Numbered from the stretch's first letter, positions 27,188-37,798 are shown. The stretch: 64,000 nucleotides of DNA from Escherichia coli (GCF_041248615.1 NZ_CP158426.1); one strand, 5' to 3'. Notes: generated from the letters alone by a model not told the origin. Made by a program: numbers and translations.

Positions 27188-28430
27188 TCTTCATCCTCAG
27201 CGTGTAGATGCCTGAAAAATCAATATCCTGCCCTGTGACCAGGTTGATGATTTCACCCTGATTTTTGTAGAGCGTCGGTGGGATATTAATGCTGTTTTCC
27301 AGCGTGGTACGTGCCATATCCGCCATAGCCTGACGGCTGTTTTCTGTATAGTCGGTATTCCGATCTTTCTGACCGGCGCTGTTGGATGCCCATGCCCCAA
27401 TATCAGGGATCATACCGACCAGTAATGCACCTCCAAATCGCTCCCTGAAATGCGAGTCTATCCAGCCATCAACGCCAGCCTCGCCCAGTTCTCCGGCAGC
27501 ATTCGTATCGACCAGCGGAATATCAAGGAAAGGGGGCTGGCGGGTACGCAGTTTCGTGATGATGATGAATGCGCGTCCCTGTCCATGCGTCATTCCTGTT
27601 TCTGCACCAGTCTGGTACATCCCCGTGGCGGTGGTCCCTTTTTCTATCAGCTTTGTATTACCGCTGGCGCTCCAGATGTCTTCGGCGATCGTGCAGCGGA
27701 TTTTTCCAGCCCGATCTGAGACAAAACGGTAATCCAGTGAGCAGGGAATAGCGGTATTTTCCGGCACGTACAGATCGGGATTATAAGGAATTCGCCGGAC
27801 CGCTGTCGGGGACTGTTCCGGCTGTGGCGACGAGGTGTTTAGCGGCTGACCGGTATCAGAATATTGTGTCTCTGACGGCTGTCTGGCTGAGGATGCCTGC
27901 GTCATTTCCTGATACCGGGTCCGTACCGGATTTCGTACCGCTGAACCTGAACCCTCCCGGCGCACCAGAAAACGGGCTTTATCTAAGTCGGGCAGAGCCT
28001 CCGATCCGTTGGGTGTCGTACTACCAGGGTTGTTGTCCGCCGGTTCTGGTGTTTTCGCGTCGATATAGTGCGTACCCAGATCGGTACGCTGTCGAGAATC
28101 GGTCCGATCTGTCGGGGCCACAGTTTCCTGAGGCTTTTCTTTACCTGGCTGCCAAAGAAGATTGTGGTATATCCAGTTACCCCCCCACGCCAGTGCAATC
28201 AGGGCAACGGCAGCGAATGCCAGAAAAGCGGTGGCTTTCCCCTGCTGGCGCTTTTTCAGTTTATTGACAGCCGGCTGTATTGGATCGTTATTGTCATCAT
28301 CCTGCCAGGTGTGAAGCACAGCTTCACGCTTTGCGCGGGCCTCGCGCTCAAGCGCAGCAATATCATCATCCTTCTGTGTCGGACAGGACCTGGATTCATC
28401 TGGCACAGGATGCAGATGTTCGTCATTCAT
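27180..28430 (-). CDS. virB10: VirB10/TrbI-family T4SS protein
   Basis: N-terminal TM anchor, Pro-rich linker, conserved C-terminal domain; position in operon. Confidence 0.85.
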   Translation of the reverse strand: MNDEHLHPVPDESRSCPTQKDDDIAALEREARAKREAVLHTWQDDDNNDPIQPAVNKLKKRQQGKATAFLAFAAVALIALAWGGNWIYHNLLWQPGKEKPQETVAPTDRTDSRQRTDLGTHYIDAKTPEPADNNPGSTTPNGSEALPDLDKARFLVRREGSGSAVRNPVRTRYQEMTQASSARQPSETQYSDTGQPLNTSSPQPEQSPTAVRRIPYNPDLYVPENTAIPCSLDYRFVSDRAGKIRCTIAEDIWSASGNTKLIEKGTTATGMYQTGAETGMTHGQGRAFIIITKLRTRQPPFLDIPLVDTNAAGELGEAGVDGWIDSHFRERFGGALLVGMIPDIGAWASNSAGQKDRNTDYTENSRQAMADMARTTLENSINIPPTLYKNQGEIINLVTGQDIDFSGIYTLRMKSE

Positions 28431-28449
28431 GTGTACAGTTCCTCAGCTG

Positions 28450-29349
28450 TTAATTGGTTGCGGTTTTTACCACTCGCTCAACTTGCGGGGAGACTGTGGC
28501 ACCATCTGCGACCTGAACCCTGCCGAAACCACGATTTTCCAGGCCGACCACAGCGCCACCGGAACGGAGGACCAGACGGGGGGTAACTTCCTGAATAACC
28601 AGTACGGTGAAGTTGCCTTTCCTGCGGACACTGCTGTTAACCACATGCTCCTGGCCGTTTAGCTCTTTTGTCAAAGAGGGAATGGATTTGGCTGGGGAGA
28701 AGCCCACGAACGTAAAGCGACCATCGTCATAGGCGAAGTCCGGAACGATACGTGTGCTATTGCTCCCCGGATATTTGAGATAGTCCCAGTTTCGTGGCGT
28801 CTGCGCGGCGTTAAGAGCCTGCTGGATATCGGCCTGCTGTTGTTTCTGCTCCCGTTCCCGCGCTTTGGTTGTGACTTCACGGCCCGATTTTTCGTGTGCT
28901 TCATCGGGATAGCGATAACTCACCTGAAAAGCAGGCTGCTGCGATGATTTTTCATCGATGACGTTTAGCTCGACGTTATACAGCCGCCGAGTGGTAACGA
29001 TTAGCATGTTGGTATGCCAGTCGTGACTGTTGGGAGGAATGACCACCTGCGCTGTATTACCGTCCACTCCGGGGGCACCCTGAATCAGGGCTACCGGGCG
29101 GATACTGACCCGGTTTGCGTCTGTTGTGGCTTCCCATGCGTCCTCAAAACCTGGTTTAGCACTGATAACCGCTTCGTCATTGTCAAAGATGAGCGTGGTT
29201 ACGAAACCGGGTCGGGTATTGACGACAGTGACGTTAAACGGGTTATAGACAACCTGCTGGAGACGGGCGTCGTAGCGGCTTGCTTGTGGTATTGCAGCAC
29301 CCCAGGCTATACCGCACATCGCCAGTGCGAAAAGGATGATAATTTTCAT
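28450..29349 (-). CDS. virB9: VirB9/TrbG-family T4SS protein
   Basis: Signal peptide; size and synteny; 1-nt overlap with virB8. Confidence 0.85.
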   Translation of the reverse strand: MKIIILFALAMCGIAWGAAIPQASRYDARLQQVVYNPFNVTVVNTRPGFVTTLIFDNDEAVISAKPGFEDAWEATTDANRVSIRPVALIQGAPGVDGNTAQVVIPPNSHDWHTNMLIVTTRRLYNVELNVIDEKSSQQPAFQVSYRYPDEAHEKSGREVTTKAREREQKQQQADIQQALNAAQTPRNWDYLKYPGSNSTRIVPDFAYDDGRFTFVGFSPAKSIPSLTKELNGQEHVVNSSVRRKGNFTVLVIQEVTPRLVLRSGGAVVGLENRGFGRVQVADGATVSPQVERVVKTATN

Positions 29350-30032
29350 TATTCAACTCCTCTGATTTCACGATCTGCCTGCCAACTTGTCACCGTAAAA
29401 CCGAACGGGTTAACTTCCCGCTCTGTATCGCTCATTTCCTTACTTGGGTCGGAGTGGAATGTCAGGTGGGCATCCCAGTATTCTGTACGCGTACTGCTAT
29501 CAGCGAGGCGGCGGATAGTTTTTTTGTAACGGAGGGTGGCGACTTTATCGGGGGCAGTGCCTTCGGTGATCTGATTAGACAGGATGTCGATATGTACGGT
29601 GTGGGCCTCATTCTGGTACACCTTATCCGGGGCGTCTTTTCCTGAATAAAGTGCCAGATAATCATCATTAACCTGAGGGCTGTTATAGACCTGTACCGTT
29701 GAATAATCGTCCTGTAGGGCAGGGTAAATGTAACGTTCACGCACTCTGACGTAACTTGAGGTCATCGCCTTCTGATAAGCTTCTTCCGCTGTCAGACTCG
29801 TTTGTGACGCTCGGGTGACGTGTTCCAACCGTCCGGTATGATTATCAACAGCATACAGCTCAATAACTGTCTGTTTCAGCGGTAATATCAGCACCACAGT
29901 GGTGAGTGCCAGTATGGCAATGAGTAAGCCCGCGCCACCAACCATAAATCCCGCCTTCGTGGCGCGTTTGTCCCGCTCAATCATTTTCTGCTCAAAGGTG
30001 CGGGAATCAGCAATGATTGACTGTTCACTCAT
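29349..30032 (-). CDS. virB8: VirB8-family T4SS protein
   Basis: Single N-terminal TM segment; size and synteny. Confidence 0.8.
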   Translation of the reverse strand: MSEQSIIADSRTFEQKMIERDKRATKAGFMVGGAGLLIAILALTTVVLILPLKQTVIELYAVDNHTGRLEHVTRASQTSLTAEEAYQKAMTSSYVRVRERYIYPALQDDYSTVQVYNSPQVNDDYLALYSGKDAPDKVYQNEAHTVHIDILSNQITEGTAPDKVATLRYKKTIRRLADSSTRTEYWDAHLTFHSDPSKEMSDTEREVNPFGFTVTSWQADREIRGVE

Positions 30033-30162
30033 GATTGTTTAACTCCGCCATCATCTGAGGCGTGTTTACCGGGATGCCATTCCCACTAAAGGCCAGGGGA
30101 TGGGGTGACTGTGCACAGCCGTAAAGCGCGCACAGTAAAATCAGCGCAATCAAGCGTTTCAT
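30025..30162 (-). CDS. virB7: VirB7-like small lipoprotein, 45 aa (not in ORF track)
   Basis: Hand-translated MKRLIALILLCALYGCAQSPHPLAFSGNGIPVNTPQMMAELNNHE; lipobox LYGC; stop overlaps virB8 start. Confidence 0.5.
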   Translation of the reverse strand: MKRLIALILLCALYGCAQSPHPLAFSGNGIPVNTPQMMAELNNHE

Positions 30163-30245
30163 GGGATGTTTCCTCAGTGGGTTGGATAGAGGGTAGTGTT
30201 AGCGCCGGGGGGATTGACGGAAATAGTATGCAAGGGATGACAAGT

Positions 30246-31310
30246 TTAACGATGAAATTTCTGAACGGTTGTTTCTCTTGATTTTGCCAGCCGTCGGGCC
30301 TCGTTCCTGGCGATCATTTGCTCAATGGCATACTTACGTGCCTGAGCAGCTCTGTATCCCGGGCCGCTGCCGGGTTTATCTGTACTGGCATCTCTCCATC
30401 CCTGAAGATTGTCCTGAATTGCGCGGTTTGTCTGCTTCCCGGCTCCTGCGGCTAATTTCCCTGCACCAAACGCCGCTGCGCCTATACCCACGGCGGACAG
30501 TCCCTGCATGGAGACAGTCGCTCCCGCCCCGGCTAGTGCTCCGGCCAGTTTTGCGGAAAGGTATACCATTATTGCCGCGCAGACCCCGGCGAGACAGACC
30601 TGAGCGCCTAGCTCCACAATATTAGATTGTGCAGATATTTGTGTGGCAATATCTAAGCGGGAGTTTAAATAATTAACGACCACTCGTAGCGACAATGCAG
30701 AAAACAGAACCGTTAATATGGCTGCGAAAATATTTTGCAGCCAGTTGTTAAACATGGGACGTAAAAAGCCATACATGAGACAAAAGATGAAAACGGGGGC
30801 TGTGATGCTGAGCAGCAAAACCATGACCTCTGCGATCATTGCAACAAAGGCTGTAATAGTCATTAAAACGAATATCCCAAGCCACACATAAAATTGAGCT
30901 GTGATGCCCTCGTCTTTTATGTACGTTGAATTATCCATGTCGTGTAACGTTTTGCCTAATACCTTCGCTTTATCCCATAAGCTATCCAGTAGTTGCCATA
31001 TATTATCGTTGCCGGAAAAGCCGTCTTTTAAGCCATTGATAGCGTCAATGACCCCGTCGAGATAACCGCTGACATTGGCCACAAAGGACAGGATGATGGC
31101 CATTCTTATGATGTCCCACATGACGTCCTCCATGGGTGCGGACAACTTACCTGCCAGGCTCTGGTATCCACGCCACATGATATAAAGTGTCGCTGACGTT
31201 GCCGCCAGTCCCAGCATCATGGCGGAGTATGACATCATCAGTCCCTTTGTTGCGTCGGTGACTCCCCCTATCAGGTGTTTTTCAACACCGATAAATACAC
31301 CACCAGGCAT
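30246..31310 (-). CDS. virB6: VirB6/TrbL-family polytopic membrane protein
   Basis: Multiple hydrophobic helices; Gly/Ala-rich C-terminal region; synteny. Confidence 0.8.
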   Translation of the reverse strand: MPGGVFIGVEKHLIGGVTDATKGLMMSYSAMMLGLAATSATLYIMWRGYQSLAGKLSAPMEDVMWDIIRMAIILSFVANVSGYLDGVIDAINGLKDGFSGNDNIWQLLDSLWDKAKVLGKTLHDMDNSTYIKDEGITAQFYVWLGIFVLMTITAFVAMIAEVMVLLLSITAPVFIFCLMYGFLRPMFNNWLQNIFAAILTVLFSALSLRVVVNYLNSRLDIATQISAQSNIVELGAQVCLAGVCAAIMVYLSAKLAGALAGAGATVSMQGLSAVGIGAAAFGAGKLAAGAGKQTNRAIQDNLQGWRDASTDKPGSGPGYRAAQARKYAIEQMIARNEARRLAKSRETTVQKFHR

Positions 31311-31320
31311 ATTAACCTCA

Positions 31321-31548
31321 CTATGAATTCAGGTTGGGAGTGGGGGCATTTAACTGTTGAATCTGAAAATGAGCTTCATTGGCATTTTTACAGTTTTCAG
31401 AGGCATCGCCGGTTTTCAGGCATTTTTCATATACTGTTTTCAGCTCATCGGGATGATCTTTGTACCACTGGGTAGTTTTGGTTTCGTCTCTGCAGCCGCA
31501 AATGATGAGGAATAAAATGGACAGGAACGAAAGGGTTAATAAACGCAT
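31321..31548 (-). CDS. Small lipoprotein, possible entry-exclusion protein
   Basis: MRLLTLSFLSILFLIICGC signal/lipobox; located between virB5 and virB6; internal start of track ORF 31321..31608. Confidence 0.5.
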   Translation of the reverse strand: MRLLTLSFLSILFLIICGCRDETKTTQWYKDHPDELKTVYEKCLKTGDASENCKNANEAHFQIQQLNAPTPNLNS

Positions 31549-31559
31549 GTGAAACTCCT

Positions 31560-32267
31560 TTAACGGTTTAAATCGGAGGTTGGTGCAGTTAACTGCTGCT
31601 GGTTCCACTGTTTGAGACGCTCATCCTCCAGCACTTTCCCGCGTTTTTCTGCCGCCTTCACACTCATTTCCCATTGATCAGTGAGCGTGTTCAGCATCAC
31701 TGATTTCAACTGAATACTGTTGGCAAGGTCCAGCGACTCCTTTGAGTCTTTAGAGAGTGCAATCCGGTTTGAAAGATTATTGATCTCACCCAATGTTTGG
31801 CTGACCTGATCCTGGATCTCGTCAGTCTGCTCAAACTGAATTGCCTTATTGATAACCTGTTGTTTGCAGATATCGGCATAGCTTCCGGACTGCGCCGCGT
31901 TGCACGTATCGAAAACCCGGTACTTTGCGTATAGCGCATCGAACTGCCCGGCGATGCCACCAGAAAGTAGCAGGTCGTTGAGTGTCTGGCCCGGCTTACG
32001 CAGTTTTTCCAGATCTGATTTAAGACTCTTCGCCTGATCAACGAAATCAACAATATTCCGTACACCGGTGGCCGTTGCTAACTGGTCTTTATATGCCTGA
32101 ATTTGGCTCTCATAATGCTGCGCTGTTTGTATCCAGCGTTGTGCCTCTTTCAGCCATTCGAGCTCACGTAGTGGGTCAGCATCCACCAGAACAGGGATAC
32201 CTGCGTGTGCCATCGGGCTGATGATCACACACGCAATAATTAATGCATGAAAACGCCGTTTCATCAT
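31560..32267 (-). CDS. virB5: VirB5/TrbJ-family minor pilus protein
   Basis: Signal peptide MKRRFHALIIACVIISPMAHA; coiled-coil content; synteny; start chosen downstream of virB4 stop. Confidence 0.7.
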   Translation of the reverse strand: MMKRRFHALIIACVIISPMAHAGIPVLVDADPLRELEWLKEAQRWIQTAQHYESQIQAYKDQLATATGVRNIVDFVDQAKSLKSDLEKLRKPGQTLNDLLLSGGIAGQFDALYAKYRVFDTCNAAQSGSYADICKQQVINKAIQFEQTDEIQDQVSQTLGEINNLSNRIALSKDSKESLDLANSIQLKSVMLNTLTDQWEMSVKAAEKRGKVLEDERLKQWNQQQLTAPTSDLNR

Positions 32268-32284
32268 GAATCTCCTGTGGATTT

Positions 32285-35029
32285 TCAGAGTGCCTGAGCC
32301 AGGTAAGTATCCAGCCATTCATGGGGCTGCATTCCTTCCCGGTAGAGAGAGTCGAAGATTTCCAGGTTGTCGGCGCTGCCGCTCATGACTTTTGTGTACC
32401 TGCCGATCCCGGAAAGATCGAGCGTCACACGTGCAGCAAAACGCTTTATGTCGCCACGTCTAAATTGATTTTTTACCACTACGTACTGACGGGCCTGAGG
32501 ATCCAGGGCTTTCACGACGTCGAACACTTCCGGCTCAAACTTCATTCCGTCGACATAGTGTTCCCTGTCAGCACTGGGGTTGGCTGCCAGGATCTGCGTG
32601 CCGCACTGCTCAATCACGGCAGGCGCAATTTCATCCCTGATGATCTCCGCCGGGGACTGTGTTCCAACAACCAGCATCCCGTTTAGCTTGCGGATAGTTT
32701 TCAGTCGGTTATAGGCGAAATCCTTAAAAACCGGATCCCGTAGCCATTTCCAGAACTCATCCATGAAGATAACCAGTCGACGTCCGTCGAGTAGGCTGGT
32801 AATGCGGTACAGCAGATAAAAGGAGATCGGTGCGCAGATATTCGTATCGTCAAGAAACTCTGTGCCGTCAATGCCAAAGTTATCGCAGCGACTGATATCG
32901 AAGGTGTCTGATGCGTTATCAAACACCCAGCCAAACTCGCCACCCTGCGCCCACTGTGACAGGCGAATACTCAGGCCATTCTCCTGGGCTTCTCGGGTCG
33001 CAGGCTCCGGAAGATTCTCCAGTAAACGGGTGATCCCATGAATACGGTACTGTGGTTCATTACCGATCACCGCCAGTATGGCATCATTTAGACGTCGTTC
33101 ATTGCGGGGCGTGATGGTCGCACCGTTACGCGTACACAGCAGTTTCATCAGCTGACTGATAAAACTGATATTGCGTTTCGTGGGCGATAGCGAAAATGGG
33201 TTCCACCCGGTGGGCTCTCCATGTGTAATACGGTAATAACGGCCTTGCAATGCCCGGATATTCATTTCAGCGCCACGATCCTTATCCAGATAAACGGTTG
33301 TCAGTCGTTTGGTTTTTGCGTCGGGAGAAAAACTCTCCGTACGGCTATATTTCTGCTGCATGTTTTCCAGAAACGTCATGAGCATGGTTTTACCCGAACC
33401 GTTGGTACCGAGAATGCAGGTACTGGCTGGATTCTTCTCGTTGAATTCATCCTTATCCGCCAGCGTATTGTGAAGGTTCAGATAGTATCCATCCCCTGAT
33501 GGGGCACGCAGTAAGGCCATCGCATCCCCCCAGGGCGCATTATCGCGCTTGCCGGGATAGAAATTGTGTAGCGAAGCCAGCTCGACAAAATTCTGACTGC
33601 TCAGCTCACCCTTGCGGGGCCGCAAATGATAATTGCCAGGCAGTTGCGCCATATACCCGGCTGAAAGAGAAAGCGCGGCGGGAACCGATATAATGCCGAG
33701 GTTGTTCAGGGCATTGCTGATTTCGCTGGTATCGGCTACCAGACTATCCAGCGTCTGGGAAAACACCATGATGGAAAAATGGTGTTTTCCATACGCAATT
33801 TTTCCCGATGTCAGCAGGTCAAGCGCCACATCCAGATCCAGCCGCTGAGACACCGCATCATCATCTGAACTCATTAACAGACGTCGGGTGCGTTTGATGG
33901 CCTTCCGGGCTTCTTCCCGTGACATGCAGGTGTAGGACTGTGTGATGACATAATCACAGGGGGCATAAAGCAGAGAATCCATCATTCCAGTTGCTGTTTC
34001 TTCAGGGAACTCTTTAACTTCCAGACCCCGGAAATACTGGGTGCCGCCGGTATGGTTTATCTGTCCAGACTCCCCGGAGAAAAACAGCGCCGCCGATCCC
34101 ATGACGGAATATGCAGGAGCACGGGTGACGCGGATCCTGCGCCATTGGTGCGTCAAGAGATACTCGTAAAAGGATAACTGGGAGGAGAATACCGCCTGTT
34201 CTTCGCTGAAAGTACCAAGAGAGTGTGCGGCGTAGCGTGACAGAGCGGTATCGAGGGTACCTTTAATTTCCAGCATCCCCTGCAACACACCGTCAAGCTC
34301 TTTCAGTTTCTGGCCGTCTTTCATACGCCGGTGTCCGGCTTTTTCCAGACTGGCAAAAGGGCGGTAGCAGGCAGTCAGGAACAAGCGGTTACGGCGAAAC
34401 GGGTTAGCCTCCAGCGAGGCATAATACAGACGGCTGACTTCATCAGCGTAAGGGTTGCCGGATACCTTATGTAGCGAATCGGTAAATGGCTCCCTTACGT
34501 TATGGATATAGAAGGTGACCGGCATCCCCTCGAAAGAGCGGATAATTCCGTGCAACTGGTTACGGTCAATATTGAGCGTTTCTTCTGATTCACAATCGAA
34601 CGGAGTGCCCGTCAGTTCCCAGGTACAGTAGAGGTCACTATTGGGTGAGCGGACGACATGTTGATGAATATGCGATGAATACGGAATGTATTTCCTGAGC
34701 GTGGCACTCTGATTCAATTTCATGACGTTGAGAAACTCCGTGATATCAACAGCATCATGCTCAATGGGCATAAATGCTGTTGCGCCAAATAGACGGTTTG
34801 CCGCAGGTTTTCCTCTTGCCCTGAGCCAGACGGCTATCAGGCTGAACCGCATGGGTTCATTCTTGGTAAGCGATTTCATCAGCAGAAATTCAATCGGGAG
34901 TAGGGCGAGGAAAGCGACGGAGGTCCAGACAGCAATGATGATGGTGATACCCGTGACAGCCAGTAGAGGCACCATCGGCACTCCCCATAGTGCCGCCGGA
35001 CGTCTCATTGCCTTAAGCAGCTTTGCCAT
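32285..35029 (-). CDS. virB4: VirB3-VirB4 fusion T4SS ATPase
   Basis: 914 aa; N-terminal TM VirB3-like segment; large ATPase body; synteny. Confidence 0.9.
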   Translation of the reverse strand: MAKLLKAMRRPAALWGVPMVPLLAVTGITIIIAVWTSVAFLALLPIEFLLMKSLTKNEPMRFSLIAVWLRARGKPAANRLFGATAFMPIEHDAVDITEFLNVMKLNQSATLRKYIPYSSHIHQHVVRSPNSDLYCTWELTGTPFDCESEETLNIDRNQLHGIIRSFEGMPVTFYIHNVREPFTDSLHKVSGNPYADEVSRLYYASLEANPFRRNRLFLTACYRPFASLEKAGHRRMKDGQKLKELDGVLQGMLEIKGTLDTALSRYAAHSLGTFSEEQAVFSSQLSFYEYLLTHQWRRIRVTRAPAYSVMGSAALFFSGESGQINHTGGTQYFRGLEVKEFPEETATGMMDSLLYAPCDYVITQSYTCMSREEARKAIKRTRRLLMSSDDDAVSQRLDLDVALDLLTSGKIAYGKHHFSIMVFSQTLDSLVADTSEISNALNNLGIISVPAALSLSAGYMAQLPGNYHLRPRKGELSSQNFVELASLHNFYPGKRDNAPWGDAMALLRAPSGDGYYLNLHNTLADKDEFNEKNPASTCILGTNGSGKTMLMTFLENMQQKYSRTESFSPDAKTKRLTTVYLDKDRGAEMNIRALQGRYYRITHGEPTGWNPFSLSPTKRNISFISQLMKLLCTRNGATITPRNERRLNDAILAVIGNEPQYRIHGITRLLENLPEPATREAQENGLSIRLSQWAQGGEFGWVFDNASDTFDISRCDNFGIDGTEFLDDTNICAPISFYLLYRITSLLDGRRLVIFMDEFWKWLRDPVFKDFAYNRLKTIRKLNGMLVVGTQSPAEIIRDEIAPAVIEQCGTQILAANPSADREHYVDGMKFEPEVFDVVKALDPQARQYVVVKNQFRRGDIKRFAARVTLDLSGIGRYTKVMSGSADNLEIFDSLYREGMQPHEWLDTYLAQAL

Positions 35030-35039
35030 AGATAACCTC

Positions 35040-35333
35040 TCAGCTCATCAGCAGTGCGCCGATTTCACTGCCTCCACCAATCAGGATGCCGCCAATGATG
35101 ATGTAGGCGCACTGGGACAGGCTTTCGCCTTTCCAGAGTGTCTTGTAACCTACCCAGATCACGGCCACGGTAATGGTGATGGCCGCCAGGCCATTAAGGC
35201 CGGTGGCGACTTTTTCCATCACGGTATTTGCGCGTTGAAAGCCATCGGCAAAAACCGGAGGTACAGAACAAACGATGAGTGCAAATGCGGAAACATGACT
35301 GAAAGCGGCCTTAAGTTTGCAGCAAAGTGTCAT
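35040..35333 (-). CDS. virB2: VirB2-family pilin
   Basis: 97 aa with two hydrophobic segments; position after virB1. Confidence 0.7.
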   Translation of the reverse strand: MTLCCKLKAAFSHVSAFALIVCSVPPVFADGFQRANTVMEKVATGLNGLAAITITVAVIWVGYKTLWKGESLSQCAYIIIGGILIGGGSEIGALLMS

Positions 35334-36088
35334 TATTCTTTCTCCTCACGGGGTGACAGGGAGAGGCTCCGGCGCAATGACGGCGTAGAGATCTTTTCTA
35401 TGGCAATTTTCTTCTGGCGGAATTTTGAGGGGACGCCACGAACCACGCCCTTCGGCCAGATCACGCAGGGACGTAACTGGTCACCTGCAGGCGTAGGCTT
35501 CAGGAACGGCGGGGGTGTCAATTTATCCTCGTGGGTTCCGGGTACGGCATAGTGGGGAGCAGCAGCGTAACCGATTCGTTGCACATAGCTGGTTCCGGAA
35601 AAAGCCGCTTCCGGCTGTTCTCCGGTACGGAAATTGCCGGAGTAGTAGCAACTCAGTGCTCTTTTCAGCGAGCCGCCGCGTCGGTAACAGTCGTTGAGGA
35701 TGTGTTCGAAAACAGACAAATTGGTACAGGGATCAAGCAGCTCAGAGGCTGTCACACCGTAATGATGGAAATTGGTGCTGGTAATTTGCATCAGCCCCAC
35801 AGAATAACGGCGGCTCTGCGCCATAAGGCGACCTATGATTCGCTCGGCTCTTTCCCGGCTGGTGGGCTGATGAGAAATGATTTTATTGTGACCGAAGGTG
35901 CCTGAGCCCTTTGGGATAATTTCGGCGATCGCATAAGGGTTAAAATTGGACTCCACCCTTACGACGTCGAGTGCTGTGGACGGATGAATGCTGGTGGCAC
36001 ACTGCATGGCCACCGCCAGAAAGGCAGATGTGGAAAGCATAGTAGCCTCGGGAATGCGGGCAGCGTACATAGCCAAAGAACCATGCAT
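35333..36088 (-). CDS. virB1: VirB1-family lytic transglycosylase (SLT domain)
   Basis: SLT motifs VESNFNPYA and GLMQIT; first gene of operon; exact start uncertain. Confidence 0.8.
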   Translation of the reverse strand: MHGSLAMYAARIPEATMLSTSAFLAVAMQCATSIHPSTALDVVRVESNFNPYAIAEIIPKGSGTFGHNKIISHQPTSRERAERIIGRLMAQSRRYSVGLMQITSTNFHHYGVTASELLDPCTNLSVFEHILNDCYRRGGSLKRALSCYYSGNFRTGEQPEAAFSGTSYVQRIGYAAAPHYAVPGTHEDKLTPPPFLKPTPAGDQLRPCVIWPKGVVRGVPSKFRQKKIAIEKISTPSLRRSLSLSPREEKE

Positions 36089-36677
36089 GCTGAGGGAAAC
36101 TTGAAGGGGTAATGTGTGGTTTCGAGATTGTGAGCACTTTGCGCCGGATTTCCGAAGCCATAATAAAGGGTTTCATGAGATATTCTTTACAGGGCTTTTG
36201 ATTCGGGTAAATGCGGCACTAATGTTTTTGAAGTAGATGTTTTATTTCAGCGTGTCTGTTGAAAATTCAAGACCGACAAAATGATGTCACTTGGTTTTAT
36301 CTGGATAGTCTCTAATCAAAATAATAATTAATGGGTCACATCCCAATTCTGCATTCCGATTTCAACGGGTCAGCGAGAACATTCAGCGGCACACTGAATT
36401 AAGGTTGTGTGATAGCCTGATATAAATTATTAAAGAACGGTGCTCGACCAGGCTGAATAAATGCCTAACTGTCAGGTCGATGAGCAGAAACACTATCAGG
36501 ATGGATTTAATTAATATAAATTGGAATGATAAAGTGAAAATGAAATGATAAGAGTTTTTCGGGGATGAATTTTAGTAGTGTAAGGGGAGGGGGATATAAT
36601 CGATGATTGTGTTTGTACTAATAGTGAAATATAAAGACGTGCGGGGTTTTAATTCCCTGCACGCCTTACTGTTAACA

Positions 36678-36887
36678 TTAGCGTTTACGTCGTTCAAGCA
36701 TTTCCTGGCATTCTCTACACGTTGTTACTCCTGGCAGAGTGTGCCTCCGCTTTTCAGGAATTGGTCTACCGCAGAACTGACAGTGATACAGGGAAGGTGT
36801 TGCTGCTGGTTTGAAACGGCTTTGTTCAATCATTTCCTCCAGACGTTGCTCATTGAATTCCTGGTCGCGATCAACTTCGTCAGGCAT
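36678..36887 (-). CDS. TraR/DksA-family C4 zinc-finger protein
   Basis: CQFCGRPIPEKRR...CRECQ four-Cys motif; start at internal ATG of track ORF 36678..36944. Confidence 0.6.
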   Translation of the reverse strand: MPDEVDRDQEFNEQRLEEMIEQSRFKPAATPSLYHCQFCGRPIPEKRRHTLPGVTTCRECQEMLERRKR

Positions 36888-36888
36888 A

Positions 36889-37461
36889 TCATGTCCTCCT
36901 GTCTGTCCTTCCCTGCTCGCAAAATGTGATTCGGTTACACACAACAGTGAGTGAGGGGGGATTGGGCTCTGAGGCTAACTCTTCGGTGATCTGCATCATG
37001 ATGTTAATTGCTTCATTAGCATCAGGACTTTTCCCTTTTAACGCCTTCCATCGGCACCATATTGTGGCATCCATGGTTTCATCAGGAAGAGGTGAGCGTC
37101 CATACGGTACAGAGATGCCCTGTAATCTGCGGTTGAAACAGACATCGTTGGAAGTAAGACCAAAATAATGCTTTAGTAAGGCTATAGATCCACCTAACCG
37201 GATCGCCCGATTAATTTGCTGATGATGCTGGGTTTCAGTACGTGCTCTTTCCAGCTGTTTGCGTAAAATGTCATGGTGAATTTTGACTGTAATAAATGAT
37301 GCGGGAGAGTGGCAGATGTTCAATAATACATCAAGTGGTAACTGACTGATTTCGTTTATTTCTTCAAGAGTAAATCCAAGTGTTTCACCATAAGATAAGT
37401 CACCATCCTTCAATGCATAAATTACATCCGTGAGTACGTAATAATTCAGCAAGGGAAACAT
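36889..37461 (-). CDS. Hypothetical protein, 190 aa
   Basis: ORF only; between alpA-like gene and traR-like gene. Confidence 0.45.
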   Translation of the reverse strand: MFPLLNYYVLTDVIYALKDGDLSYGETLGFTLEEINEISQLPLDVLLNICHSPASFITVKIHHDILRKQLERARTETQHHQQINRAIRLGGSIALLKHYFGLTSNDVCFNRRLQGISVPYGRSPLPDETMDATIWCRWKALKGKSPDANEAINIMMQITEELASEPNPPSLTVVCNRITFCEQGRTDRRT

Positions 37462-37478
37462 AAGTTATCTCTCTTATC

Positions 37479-37664
37479 TTAGCGGTTAGCTAATTTACAA
37501 TTAATCCATTCGTCAATCTCCGACTCGAGCCAGGCTACGCTGGCTGGGCCGATTTTTATTGAGAGTGGGAAACGCTTGTCTTTCATATACAGATAGATTT
37601 GTGAGCGTTTAAGACCTGTTTTTTGCTCGACCTGTCTGAGGCGTAATAATTGATGAGATGGCAT
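37479..37664 (-). CDS. alpA: AlpA-family phage/ICE regulatory protein (excisionase-like HTH)
   Basis: 61-aa product with LRLRQVEQKTGLKRSQIYLYMKDKRFP typical of AlpA family. Confidence 0.8.
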   Translation of the reverse strand: MPSHQLLRLRQVEQKTGLKRSQIYLYMKDKRFPLSIKIGPASVAWLESEIDEWINCKLANR

Positions 37665-37798
37665 TTGTTCCTCCAGGGGCTTATGGCATTGCTATCATAA
37701 AGGAACACAGAATGATGTTTAGATAAAGACAGTGAACCCGTATTACGACATTATTCACCCGTAATACGGATCTCAGAGCTATATACACGAAGGATGTA

